Origin: Blastocatellia bacterium
GTDB lineage: Bacteria > Acidobacteriota > Blastocatellia > UBA7656
Direction of reading: 5' to 3'
Assembly: GCA_963765495.1 (NCBI GenBank)
Contig: CAVXWP010000004.1
Location: 96,001-160,000, forward strand
DNA length: 64,000 bases
Shown here: positions 31,014-41,057 of the stretch, piece by piece
How positions within the stretch are numbered: position 1 is the first letter of the stretch
Layout of the letters: each line of letters begins with the position of its first letter
Program-made: the position numbers and the translations under genes
Notes under the pieces: generated by a model
The model's input: the letters and a program-made list of their open reading frames with translations, nothing else
What the model was told of the DNA's origin: nothing
Database searches by the model: none

Positions 31014-33377
31014 TCAAATCACTTCTAGCTGATACTCGCCCGGCGTCACGACCCACGTAGGGCAGACCCGCAAATTGTCGCACTGGGGATTTCCCGCATC
31101 GGCGCTGAGCGAAAGCTCAAGAACGTGATCTACGCCGGGCACCGTATCGATGACCTGCAAGATTTCACTCCGATAAACATCACGGCCAAAGGGCCACCCT
31201 AACTGGTTTGGGCCCCCGCTTCTCGGGTCGAAAAAGGCATCAAGCGATTGCCTGATGTCTGCCTTTACCCGCGTCCGGTCGGCGCGCTGCAACGTCTGCA
31301 CGCGGGCGCTAACACGCACTTCCAGATAGTGCGGGCCGACTACCTCTATTCGCGTGCAGAGGATTCGACGACGATCCAGAAATCGCTTCACCGATTGCAG
31401 CAACCCCCGGCTGGGTTCGGGTCTGGGGACGGGCAAATCCGGTATGACGATCACGGTGACTACGCCGGGAGATTCCAGACACGGATAATCGGGATGCGTG
31501 GCAGCGAGGGCGCGAACGCGAGCGATATGCGTCCCGGGCACGTCGAGCGCCACCCGTTCGATGTCGAGCAGATTGACGGCTCGCGAAGGCGCGGGCAACT
31601 CGCTGACAATCGCCCGCGCAATCTGATCGAGTGTCGAAACCTTCCGCTCTGCGGAGAGCGAAACCAGCCGTTCGTGAGCGTGCAGCGCCGCAACCGCCCG
31701 CCCCGCCATAGCCGAAAAATCTTCTTCATCCTCGCCACCGCTCGCCCCGCGCGGATTGGAAATAATGTGGGGCAATTGATCCTTGATACTATCGGGCAGC
31801 CCCGCAAACCAGAGCCTGTTTCGCGGCGAATCAGGCGTATGAATTACGCGACTGGCGGAAAGGTTTCCTGCCTTGCCCCGCGTCCATCGGTAATCGACCA
31901 GGATGAGCGCGCCCGGTGGAAAGACTCTCCCCCGCTCACCATCCCCCCCTCTGATTTCGCCGCTCATCGCATCAAGTACAAAATGGAAATCAGTCCGCCC
32001 AGACCCGTCCAGATCATCACGTCCCGTCCATTGTTTCCAGATGCCGCCCGATTGCGTAAACAACCGCAGACCTTCAACCTGGACCGGCGCGCGTGGCAGC
32101 GTCAATCTCTGTTCGGGTCGCCCGTTACCTGTGCCTGCAAGCGCCACCCGTATTGTGATCTGCCCTTCTTTTGTTCCATCCGGCCCGTCATAGGCGAGTA
32201 TCATCACCTCTGGATTATCGGGCGCGCCCGCCTCATCGAAAAACTCAAGCGCAGTGATTGTGCCGCCTGCGTTCAACGTCATGTTTAATCGCGTAGTCGC
32301 GCCGGGAGTCGGCTCCGTCCCGACCACCGTCACACTGGCGGCGATTTTGAAACGCTGCCACACGGGCACGGCCTGCTCTATGATGACGCCGTTCGTAGTT
32401 ATGTCGGCCAACTGCGGAGAGGCATCATAAGAGCCCCGCTCCAACCGACAACGGAGATAAAAGAGCGACTCGTCGCCCACATTTCCGAGATCAGTTTTAG
32501 CGATGTTCGCGGGCAGATTGATTTCGACTATGCCGTCGAGCGTCAGTGATCTCGTGTCGTCCATCACCTGCCCTATATCGGGTCGCGCAAACCCCTCAAC
32601 AACCTCGAGCCGGGTCCACTCCTCGGGGCTGCCTCCTGTAAAGCATTCCCAGATCACACGCGCCGAATGATGCGGCGGCGGGTTTAACATCTCGGGCAGT
32701 TGATCGGATTCCGCGCAGGCGAAATCGGGCAGGACGTGACGACAGGCTTCGCGTTGCGCCGCAGCTTCGGCTACGATGCGCGCTCGTTCCGCGCTTCCGC
32801 CTTCGGGCGTTCCGGTGAAAAAGGCAAGCGCCACAGGCGTTTCGACGGGCAAAACTGCAAAGCCCAGATAAAGCGCCGCGCCGGGGCTTGGAGCCGGACC
32901 AAACGGCAGGATCGCCAGATTGTCACGGCGGTCGCTCGTCCGATTGATAATGATTCCATCGCCCGTGTCTACCTGTAAGACGCTCAATTCGACAACCGAA
33001 ACATTTATATCCCGCGTCGTGCAAAACGGGGTTGAGGTATTGTCAGAACCCACGGCCTCAAACTCGGCTCCCGCCGGTATGAGAAAAGAAGGCGTCGCGG
33101 CCTCCGGCGTGAAGGATAAGACTCCTTGAGAGGGGCGAGGCGGAAGCGGATGAAATCCTACAAGAGCGAGAAACTTTCGCCGATGTCGTTCGGGTATCTG
33201 GTTAGTCCGGTAGATGTCGGACTCGACCAGCCAGGCAAATAATTCTATAAGCGTGATGCCGGGGTCGTGGATGTTATGGTCGGTCCAGTTCGGCGCGTAG
33301 CGCGGAATCAGGGCGCGGCCTTCTTCGACAAGATCGGCCCATCGGCGCGTATCGAGATTTGGTAACGGGAGAGGCAT
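31014..33377 (-). CDS. Baseplate J-like protein (Afp11-like)
   Basis: MPLPLPNLDTRR...WTDHNIHDPGITLIELFAW, RAVNLLDIE, GWPFGRDVYRSE and VPGVDHV motifs. Confidence 0.88.
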   Translation of the reverse strand: MPLPLPNLDTRRWADLVEEGRALIPRYAPNWTDHNIHDPGITLIELFAWLVESDIYRTNQIPERHRRKFLALVGFHPLPPRPSQGVLSFTPEAATPSFLIPAGAEFEAVGSDNTSTPFCTTRDINVSVVELSVLQVDTGDGIIINRTSDRRDNLAILPFGPAPSPGAALYLGFAVLPVETPVALAFFTGTPEGGSAERARIVAEAAAQREACRHVLPDFACAESDQLPEMLNPPPHHSARVIWECFTGGSPEEWTRLEVVEGFARPDIGQVMDDTRSLTLDGIVEINLPANIAKTDLGNVGDESLFYLRCRLERGSYDASPQLADITTNGVIIEQAVPVWQRFKIAASVTVVGTEPTPGATTRLNMTLNAGGTITALEFFDEAGAPDNPEVMILAYDGPDGTKEGQITIRVALAGTGNGRPEQRLTLPRAPVQVEGLRLFTQSGGIWKQWTGRDDLDGSGRTDFHFVLDAMSGEIRGGDGERGRVFPPGALILVDYRWTRGKAGNLSASRVIHTPDSPRNRLWFAGLPDSIKDQLPHIISNPRGASGGEDEEDFSAMAGRAVAALHAHERLVSLSAERKVSTLDQIARAIVSELPAPSRAVNLLDIERVALDVPGTHIARVRALAATHPDYPCLESPGVVTVIVIPDLPVPRPEPSRGLLQSVKRFLDRRRILCTRIEVVGPHYLEVRVSARVQTLQRADRTRVKADIRQSLDAFFDPRSGGPNQLGWPFGRDVYRSEILQVIDTVPGVDHVLELSLSADAGNPQCDNLRVCPTWVVTPGEYQLEVI

Positions 33378-33381
33378 AGAA

Positions 33382-36300
33382 TTATCCTTCGCTCGCTCTC
33401 AGTTTTATCTGCAAAGGCCCGGCAACCACTATGCGGTTTACAGGCACCTCGACCTTCTCTCCTTGCGGCGTTTCGCCGACCAGCAGATTTATCGTTTCGA
33501 CATAATCCACCCCTTCGATTGCTTCCAGAACCGCAGCTACATCCGAGAGGTAAACGCCGCGCCCGAAGTCCCAGCCCGCGCCTTCCGGCCCGCCCGTGAG
33601 CGGATGGAGGAAACGGGCAAGCGCCAGCCCGACTCGTTCGCCTACAGGTCCGGCCTCTGATGGATTGAGCGCGGCAACGACCGCCTCTACGCCGATAGGC
33701 AGGTAAACCGGTCCGATGACGGCCAGCCCGCCCATCGATGCGGGGCTTCGAGCGAGCAGGAAATCTCTCACGCGGCGGCGCAATTCAAACGAGGGTTGCG
33801 GCTGGGCATCGTTGCTTTGAGGCACGATGACGAGTGTCACCCATCCGGGCGCGGGGCGTCCGTTGGGATGAGTTCCAGGCAGCGCGCGGGCCGAGGCGAC
33901 AGCGGGCGAAGCCTCGCGCGCGAGCGTCTCGAAATCCGCCCGCGTAAGAGCTTGATGCCGATGACGTATCACTTGCGGGCCGCGCCTGAGCACGGATTCG
34001 ACCGATTCGGTATCCGCGCCGCCCTCGGCCGCTCGCGGATTTGTGATGCTCGACGCCACCACGCCGCTCAACAACTGTGAAATGCTCCCCGCCGATACGT
34101 TGCCTGCCAGCCCGCCGCCGGAGCGATAATTCAGGGCGCGAATATTGTCCGCGCCCGCCGGTGGGATGCGGCCACGCGCCCCGTCGCCAAAGATGATTCG
34201 CCCTTGCGTGCGCTCTATTACCAGATCGCGATCACCGGGGCCTGAGAAAAAGAGGTTTGGGCGAACGCGCCAGCGGACCCACGCCTCCGAGACCTGCCCG
34301 CTGCGGCGATCCGTAACCGTGCGAATGTCGGCGTCGGTCATCCCTTCGCGCAAGATTTCATCACGCAGGATAGGCAACTCGACAGCGGCGCGCGGGCCTT
34401 CAAGTTCCCGCACCTCGACCGCTTCGCCTTCAAGCACCGGAGTGTGACGGAAAAAGAGCACCTCTCCGGCCTGCGCGCCGCTTGAACCAAGCAATTCGTT
34501 TTCGATGGTTTGAGTTTGAGTCGCCCAGACTGAATTCGGATGAATGCCTCGAAACTCCGAGCGCGGCGGTTCGTCTTCAAACTCAAGTCGGGCGCGCATC
34601 CACGCGCGAGGCACGCCAAAACGCGGCAGAGAGGCAAGACTCACCGTCGCGCGGCCATAGGTCTGCTCAAGCGGTGTCTTGAACGTCAATTTATCGCGGC
34701 TGACCCCTGTGACAATCGCCATCTCGCCGTTGCCCTCTTCGGAGATGTAAATCAGATTGCCCGGTTTGAAGCGCGCAGCCTGCCGCGCATCACTCAACTG
34801 CGCATCGGTCCCTCCCGCTTTCAAAACCGAGGCCAACAAAGCAGGCTCGACGCCCGGCCAGACGGCTGCGATCATTCCCGGCAGCGCGAGACTAGAGGTT
34901 CCGTCTTCGACACTCAAGGGCAGCCATTGCTCACCGTCGTGATACTCCCACTTGAGGGCCGGTCCTTTTGTTTGTTCCGCAACCTCTTCGATATTGAAAT
35001 ATAGGCTGATCAGGTCGGCCGGGAGCGGGCGGTCGAATCCGAGATAGAGCGCCGGAGTGCGATCATCCGTAGGTTTATATGGATCGAAAGGCGGACCCGA
35101 AAAATCCGCACTTTTCATATGATCCCTGAATTGAAAATCGTTGAATGAAAGACAATCCTCGGGCGCGGTCTTTGGCGACTTGTAGACATAACCAAGATAA
35201 AACCCTTCTATCGAAGGCGGCCTCGGCTCTACGACCGACATCAGGTTGACTTTATTCGACACCGCATCGTGCCAGCTTACGATACGCAGGCGACCATAGG
35301 TGCCGTCATCGAGCCTCACGCGCATCCAGCGCGCGGTCACATCATTGACTGTCGCAGGTTTAAAGTCGGCGGGAACGGTGAAAGAGACTACACCCCCGCC
35401 TGTAAAATTTGTAGCCTTGTCATTAACCGGCCCAAGAAGCCGCTTCCAGCCGGTCCCGTTCCAGTATTCCCAGACGAGACGCGGAGGAGCGAGCGCCTTG
35501 TCCTCTTTTCCGACCGTGCCCGCGCCTTCGAGCCCCCAGAGCGTTTCGAGCGGCGTGAGTATCGCCTGCGCGTTTGTCGAAGCCGTGTGCAGCAACCCTA
35601 CGAGTTGCGCGGGTTTATCAGAGTTGGAGGCGAACGGAATAAGATCGAAGAGGAAGCTCTCGAAATCATGGTCTATGGCCTTGACCGCCGCATCGGCCAG
35701 ATCGGCCAGATCGCTAAGAGCGGTGATCTCGGTCAGGTCTGCGGTAGCGGCTTCCAGTTGCGTTACCTCCGTGAGCCCCTGAATAAAGATCAGGCTGGTC
35801 AGATCGAGGATGATAAGGCTTCGAGCCGCATCGCTCACGGTGCGGGCCGCCCACCTCGCGGCGTTAAGCACAGGATCGCGCGCCGATGCGGCGACGAGCG
35901 CCCCAAGCTTGGCGAGCGAGTCGAGCGCGTCCTGCGCCCGCGAGGTGATCTTGACCGTGAATTTCCCCGCCGCATCCATCAACTCTTTGAGCTTCTTGGC
36001 TCCATTCTGGGAAATACTCAACACGATGATCGAAGCGGCTATCTGAGGCTGCATGTCATCAATTGCCTGCACCACATCCGTGATCGCGCTGCTCAGGGAG
36101 GCGAAGTCGGGATTGGCCTGCATGGCGTTTTTCTTGTTTTCAAGCTCCGTGATCTTATCTGAGAGCGCGTTTACCGGCCCCTGTGGTGGTTGATTCGGGT
36201 CGATCAGCACCGATTCGGCGAGGCTTCGGGCGCTCTTGCCCGCATCAATGACAGCCTGGGCCGCTTTGTCTGTCGTGTCGAGAATAAGCTTTCTGGCCGA

Positions 36301-37425
36301 CTCTTCGAGCAATTCGGCCTCAAGCTTATCGGCTTCCTCTTCGGGCGTTACGGCGCGGCTGAAACATATCTTCACCTGAGCGCCCGGTTTGCTAAAAATC
36401 TCTTCGCTTGCAAAATAGAAGGCGCTGTTATGATCGGCGTTTTTCCCAAACGGAGAGAAAGGCTTTGACACGTCTAGTTTGCTGCCGTTTGCGAAAGCCT
36501 GATCGGGCTGAATGTCTCCGCCACATCCGAAAATGCTCTTATGAAGAGGTCGTTCGATTACGCTTCGCGCAAGTATACGATCAACTGCGGGAAGTTCGCT
36601 GCCGGGCTGAGGCGGGAGCGGCTCGGTCAACCGCCCGCGCACCCAGAAATTTTCAATCCCGTTTACCTTTGTCTTAACCGCGTCCCCGCACTCGGTCATC
36701 AGCCGGATTACCCCGCTGCGCGACAGCCCGTCGGTGCCGTCGAAACTCTGCCCCGCCTGATCCTTTGCGCTGAACTCCTTGAAACCCTGCCATCGCTCTC
36801 CATCCCAATACTCCCACGCGACCGCGAGTTTTCGACCGCCGCGAGCGAGATCGAGATAAAGCTCGACCGTAGCCTTTCCCACAAGCGAAAAAGTTATACT
36901 GTGAGAGAGGTAGAGTTCGTGCGCCATCGGCTTAAGCGGCTCGAAAAGCGTAAACGTTTCGCCGCGAGCGGAGGCCGCGCTGTGGTCTGCATAGGAATCG
37001 CGACCGGGCCAGACCGTAACGATTTCGGCAAGCCGGGCCTGAGCAAGAGCAATATCGCGTTCGGTTTCAAATATCAGCGGCTGAGACTCGCCGGGCCGTT
37101 TTGCGCCCACGCGAGTGCGAGCAGGCACACGCCCATCGCCTACGCCGGTCATCGCTTGAAATAGAACCGGAGCGCGTGCCGCCTGCGCGGGCAACAGGTT
37201 GACCCCGAGCAGGTCGAGAAAACCGAGTTCGTTCTTTTCAGGCGCTTGATTTAGCCTTTCGATCAGGCTTTCAAGATAGCGCGCAAATACCTGAAAGAGG
37301 GCCATTGGCGGGCTGCCCTCCGCAGGCATCCAGCCGGGCAGATAACCGGGCATACGCGCAAGCAGTTCCCTCAGCAGGGAGCGCGAGACGCGCGCATCAA
37401 GTTTTGGAGTCGCATCGCAGGTCAC
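33382..37425 (-). CDS. Large baseplate J-like protein with insertions
   Basis: RLNQAPEKN, WEYWDG, IFGDGARGRIPP, GG.D.ES, ALTRADFE, FLHPLTGG, GWDFGR and IEGVDYV motifs; 1347 aa. Confidence 0.88.
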   Translation of the reverse strand: MTCDATPKLDARVSRSLLRELLARMPGYLPGWMPAEGSPPMALFQVFARYLESLIERLNQAPEKNELGFLDLLGVNLLPAQAARAPVLFQAMTGVGDGRVPARTRVGAKRPGESQPLIFETERDIALAQARLAEIVTVWPGRDSYADHSAASARGETFTLFEPLKPMAHELYLSHSITFSLVGKATVELYLDLARGGRKLAVAWEYWDGERWQGFKEFSAKDQAGQSFDGTDGLSRSGVIRLMTECGDAVKTKVNGIENFWVRGRLTEPLPPQPGSELPAVDRILARSVIERPLHKSIFGCGGDIQPDQAFANGSKLDVSKPFSPFGKNADHNSAFYFASEEIFSKPGAQVKICFSRAVTPEEEADKLEAELLEESARKLILDTTDKAAQAVIDAGKSARSLAESVLIDPNQPPQGPVNALSDKITELENKKNAMQANPDFASLSSAITDVVQAIDDMQPQIAASIIVLSISQNGAKKLKELMDAAGKFTVKITSRAQDALDSLAKLGALVAASARDPVLNAARWAARTVSDAARSLIILDLTSLIFIQGLTEVTQLEAATADLTEITALSDLADLADAAVKAIDHDFESFLFDLIPFASNSDKPAQLVGLLHTASTNAQAILTPLETLWGLEGAGTVGKEDKALAPPRLVWEYWNGTGWKRLLGPVNDKATNFTGGGVVSFTVPADFKPATVNDVTARWMRVRLDDGTYGRLRIVSWHDAVSNKVNLMSVVEPRPPSIEGFYLGYVYKSPKTAPEDCLSFNDFQFRDHMKSADFSGPPFDPYKPTDDRTPALYLGFDRPLPADLISLYFNIEEVAEQTKGPALKWEYHDGEQWLPLSVEDGTSSLALPGMIAAVWPGVEPALLASVLKAGGTDAQLSDARQAARFKPGNLIYISEEGNGEMAIVTGVSRDKLTFKTPLEQTYGRATVSLASLPRFGVPRAWMRARLEFEDEPPRSEFRGIHPNSVWATQTQTIENELLGSSGAQAGEVLFFRHTPVLEGEAVEVRELEGPRAAVELPILRDEILREGMTDADIRTVTDRRSGQVSEAWVRWRVRPNLFFSGPGDRDLVIERTQGRIIFGDGARGRIPPAGADNIRALNYRSGGGLAGNVSAGSISQLLSGVVASSITNPRAAEGGADTESVESVLRRGPQVIRHRHQALTRADFETLAREASPAVASARALPGTHPNGRPAPGWVTLVIVPQSNDAQPQPSFELRRRVRDFLLARSPASMGGLAVIGPVYLPIGVEAVVAALNPSEAGPVGERVGLALARFLHPLTGGPEGAGWDFGRGVYLSDVAAVLEAIEGVDYVETINLLVGETPQGEKVEVPVNRIVVAGPLQIKLRASEG

Positions 37426-37832
37426 GTTCGCTTGTCCTCCAAAAGGTAAAACGGGTAGACGAGGTTATAAAATGTATTCGTGGTCCGAACGCGGTAATTG
37501 ATCTCGATAAGCAAACGGCCCTGCGACTGGTCTGCGCTTACGCTGACTGTGATCCTGTCTATTCTGGGCTCCCAGGTGATAAGCGCTTCTTCCACGCGAT
37601 GACGCGCAAGCGCCATCGTAGTCGTGTTTATCGGCTCGAAGGCGAGCGCGTTCAAATCCGCGCCAAAATCCGGGCGCATAAGGCGCTCGCCTCGAGCCGT
37701 CCCCAGAATAATCATGATGGCCTGTTGAATGTCTTCGCCGTCGTCGGCAAGCGCAAGTTCGCCCGTCGAGCCCAGTCCAATAGGAAAGCCCCAGCCCCGA
37801 CCAAGAAAAGCTTTGTCATCTGTTTCCGCCAT
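37422..37832 (-). CDS. GPW/gp25 family sheath initiator
   Basis: FLGRGWGFP, ILGTARGERLMRPDFG, WEPRI and NLVYPFYL motifs. Confidence 0.92.
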   Translation of the reverse strand: MAETDDKAFLGRGWGFPIGLGSTGELALADDGEDIQQAIMIILGTARGERLMRPDFGADLNALAFEPINTTTMALARHRVEEALITWEPRIDRITVSVSADQSQGRLLIEINYRVRTTNTFYNLVYPFYLLEDKRT

Positions 37833-37863
37833 CCTCTGTAAATCACTCCTTCAGAATCAATAC

Positions 37864-38149
37864 TTTTTTGACAGGATTAGATTGGATTGAACAAGAATCT
37901 TGTCTAAATCACTCCGCAAGAGATTGGTACAAATGAGTGTGAATGAAATGCATCTCGGAATAGGCCGGGACGGACGCGGATCGGGCGGATTTTCGCGGAT
38001 TAGCTCATAGTGGGTCAGATCCGCGTTGATCCGCCCGATCCGCGTCCGTCCCGGCCTATTTCTGATTACCATACTTTGGAGTCTCATTTGTACCAATCTT
38101 TTGCATTCCGATTTAGTTCAATCTATTCCTGTTAATCCTGTTTAAAAAA
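37864..38149. repeat. Nested palindromic repeat complex (three inverted-repeat layers)
   Basis: Inner perfect 32-bp arms (37959-37990 / 38029-38060), middle imperfect 34-bp arms (37904-37937 / 38083-38116), and outer ACAGGATTA / TAATCCTGT arms. Confidence 0.85.
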
Positions 38150-38199
38150 TTCATCTCTTCACACACACTTTCATCTATATCAATACCTTCCCGCTTGAT

Positions 38200-38481
38200 T
38201 CAGCCGCCGATCAGCACGGTGAATGCGCCTGCCACGATGGGCGCTCCGCAGCCTGATATATCGCCCAGCCGCAACGCGGGTCGCCCGCCGATAAAGACAT
38301 TTGCGCTGCCTTTTGCAAACGGCGTGGGCGGGTGCGGCCCGGCCACAGGCGGCATCGCGCAGGTGTGCAGGTCTCCAACAACAGCCGCGGGCTGCCCGCC
38401 TATCAATACATTCGCAACACCGGGACCGCTCACCATACCGGGATGGCCTGTCGGATCGTTGATTCGCGCTGCTGGCGGCAT
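38200..38481 (-). CDS. PAAR spike-tip protein
   Basis: MPPAARIND, GQPAAVVGD.H.C and GRPALRLGD..GCGA motifs. Confidence 0.92.
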   Translation of the reverse strand: MPPAARINDPTGHPGMVSGPGVANVLIGGQPAAVVGDLHTCAMPPVAGPHPPTPFAKGSANVFIGGRPALRLGDISGCGAPIVAGAFTVLIGG

Positions 38482-38491
38482 ATTCGTCTCC

Positions 38492-39187
38492 TTATGAATT
38501 TATCTTCACCATTCCTGCGGTGATCGCCGCTTCCATTAAGGCTGTTAAGTCAATGTTGCTCGATAGCAGACTAATGTTTTTGAAATCGAGCGTCAGACTG
38601 GTTACTCCTACCTGCAGGGTGATACTTTTCTGATCGATGGTCAGGCTGTTTACCCCGACCTGAAGCGTGATCTTCAAGGGCGACATTATTTCTACCCCCG
38701 TGGGCGAGAGCCTGAGCGTCTGATGAGGCCCGGTAGGCAAAGACGGCATTGGCATAGTGACGGGAGCCGTAGGCGGCGTTTGAATCGTGATTGCGGGCGG
38801 CAGTTCTTCAATCACGATCTGATTTCCGGCAAACGTGCGTATAGCCCTGACCTGCTGAAGCGGCGACGGCAAAGGCGGAAGCGCAACGGCATTCCACAGA
38901 CTCCCCAGTATGTAAGGCGCGTTGATATCGCCGTGTTCGAAGGCGACAAGGACTTCGGCTCCGATGTCGGGGATAAAATATGTGCCGTGAAACAGCCCGG
39001 CCATCGGCACGGCCACCCGCGCCCACGGGCTCAAATCGAGGCTGTCCACAAAAGGCAGTTGCACCTGCACTCGCCCAAGCGACATCGGATCAACCGGATT
39101 GATCACTTTCCCGGTTGTTACGCCAAAGAATTTCTTTTGCCCTTCTTCGACAGAAGATTCGAGTCTCTCTAGGAGTTCTTCAATCAT
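38492..39187 (-). CDS. Spike protein (baseplate assembly protein V / gp5 OB-fold)
   Basis: DPMSLGRVQVQLP, WARVA, P.IGAEVLVAFEHGDINAPYILGSLWN and a beta-repeat C-terminus. Confidence 0.88.
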   Translation of the reverse strand: MIEELLERLESSVEEGQKKFFGVTTGKVINPVDPMSLGRVQVQLPFVDSLDLSPWARVAVPMAGLFHGTYFIPDIGAEVLVAFEHGDINAPYILGSLWNAVALPPLPSPLQQVRAIRTFAGNQIVIEELPPAITIQTPPTAPVTMPMPSLPTGPHQTLRLSPTGVEIMSPLKITLQVGVNSLTIDQKSITLQVGVTSLTLDFKNISLLSSNIDLTALMEAAITAGMVKINS

Positions 39188-40371
39188 GGGATCAATTCCT
39201 TTCTAACCTGGAAACTTGTCCGGTAGCCGCTCGCGTCTATCGTATGATTGGCGCTCGACACTCGATAATCGCCGCTGAAATCGGGTCCCAACCCTTCGAG
39301 GCGAATCACCGCGCCCGAACGTATTCGCGGATCGCCTACGCAGGAGCCGCTCCCTACCAGACGGTTATTGAGTTTGGTGCGTAGTTCGTGCGCGATGGCC
39401 AGAGCGCTATTTGCAATGTCGGCCGGGCTTCCCACGGGCCGGTTGATGATCGTAAAGACCGGGTCGCCTGTTGCGCCCGCCGGGGCAGCCACGCCGGGAA
39501 GCACAGAGATTCCTACCATCTCGCGATCAAAGTCGTAGAAGACCGACACCAGAAAATCGAGCGGTATCTCGCGCAGGGTGAACTTCATCGCCACGCCTGC
39601 CGCATCGCCTACCGTGCTTATCTTGGGCGAGAATTCGAGCAGCGATTCTCCCCACGTCAAGGTGAGTCGCGGCTCGTATTCCTTGAGAAAACGAGTGAGG
39701 TAAAGTACATCTCCTTCGACGTGAAATTCCGCATCATAGGTGTCGGCTATCTCGGTCAGCAGTTCAAGATGAGACTGCCCTTTTTGTTTGCGCCCGGTCC
39801 CGTTGAATATATAGTTGACCGCTGCCATTGCCGTAGATGCCTCCACCACTATCGGCTCTATGAATGGAAGAAGCAGATTCTCTATGCTCAGGATCGAAGC
39901 GATAATAAAATCGGGCAAAGGGCCAAACCCTCGGCCATAACTCCCCTTTGACAGCCTGTGAAGATAATCGTGCGCGATGATGGTCATAGTCGGCATCCCG
40001 CCGTTTGGAAAGCTCGCTTCGACGCCGGTTATCTCTCCTGAAAACAGGTCCTCCAGCGGGTCGGGCGAATAACCCATCGCCACGGTCAATTTATTGTCAA
40101 TATCAAATGTTCCAGCGGGCAACAGACCCGCCGAACTGACGGGGCCGATCTTTACGCCGGTCGGAAACGGCTGGAACCCCAGCCCGCGTATGTGCTCCTG
40201 CAACCACCGCAAATCGGGATTGGCCAGCCCGATCTCTACGCGGTCGGAGGCGCTTAACCCCTGCTCGTAACGGACGCTCGTAACGGCGGACCGCACGGTG
40301 GCCGGAAGATCACGGTCGCTTATGCGAATTTTGAACTCCGGCACGTATACCGGATAGCGTGATGATTTCAT
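39184..40371 (-). CDS. Baseplate hub (phage late control D / gp27-like)
   Basis: MGYSP...FSGEITG, L.WGESLLEF and GDPRIRSGAVIRLEGLGPDFSGDYRV...HTID..GYRTSF motifs. Confidence 0.85.
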   Translation of the reverse strand: MKSSRYPVYVPEFKIRISDRDLPATVRSAVTSVRYEQGLSASDRVEIGLANPDLRWLQEHIRGLGFQPFPTGVKIGPVSSAGLLPAGTFDIDNKLTVAMGYSPDPLEDLFSGEITGVEASFPNGGMPTMTIIAHDYLHRLSKGSYGRGFGPLPDFIIASILSIENLLLPFIEPIVVEASTAMAAVNYIFNGTGRKQKGQSHLELLTEIADTYDAEFHVEGDVLYLTRFLKEYEPRLTLTWGESLLEFSPKISTVGDAAGVAMKFTLREIPLDFLVSVFYDFDREMVGISVLPGVAAPAGATGDPVFTIINRPVGSPADIANSALAIAHELRTKLNNRLVGSGSCVGDPRIRSGAVIRLEGLGPDFSGDYRVSSANHTIDASGYRTSFQVRKELIP

Positions 40372-41054
40372 CTCAGGATGTCTCCGGTTTCGGGATCGCG
40401 GAACGGCAGCCGGGGAACCAGCAACCGTTCGCCTACGGCCAGTTCTCTCGGATTACTTATCCCGTTACGCAATGCAATTGGACGCCAGAGCGCCGCGTTG
40501 CTGTAGACGCGGGCGGCGATGCCGGATAGCGTTTCGCCTTGACCTACCAGATATATCTGAGAATAATCGGCCGTTTCTCGCTTGACCTCTTTTGCTTCAA
40601 GATCGGCATTGGTGAACTCGTTGAAGGTGACTTGCAATCGAGCGCGCAGCGGCACGCCGTCCTGTCGAAACATGATAAAACGCTGAGTGACCTTGGCCAG
40701 CACGCAGGTAAAAGTCAAAGAACCCCACGTAAAGACCAGCACAGGCGGCGCGTGCGTCTCGGGATTGATGTCGAGCAGAGCCACTATGCGCCCGGTCAGA
40801 TCGCGCACATCCTGCCCGGCCTGATTTATCGTCTTGCTCCCGGATTTGTGCGATTCGTATGTGTCTACAAGCAACTCCATCTCTAACGATTGCAGGTTGC
40901 CGTGGATGAATTGCAGAAGCGGCGAGCGCAATCCGGGCACGGCCATCTGGGCAAAGTTGTTATCCTTGCTCAAACTGTACTCTTCGGGGTTGAAGAGGAC
41001 TTCGATCTTCTCACCCGTATCGTTGTTTGTGATGAGCGCCTTTTCGAGCGACAT
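40368..41054 (-). CDS. CIS tube initiator protein with LysM (Afp7-like)
   Basis: VLFNPEEYS, PPVLVFTWG and F..DGVPLRA; C-terminal LysM GETLSGIAARVY...WRPIALRN. Confidence 0.88.
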   Translation of the reverse strand: MSLEKALITNNDTGEKIEVLFNPEEYSLSKDNNFAQMAVPGLRSPLLQFIHGNLQSLEMELLVDTYESHKSGSKTINQAGQDVRDLTGRIVALLDINPETHAPPVLVFTWGSLTFTCVLAKVTQRFIMFRQDGVPLRARLQVTFNEFTNADLEAKEVKRETADYSQIYLVGQGETLSGIAARVYSNAALWRPIALRNGISNPRELAVGERLLVPRLPFRDPETGDILR

Positions 41055-41057
41055 TGA

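Noticed and set aside
37857-38096. 79-aa ORF between PAAR and gp25
   Set aside because: Translation of the palindromic repeat complex.
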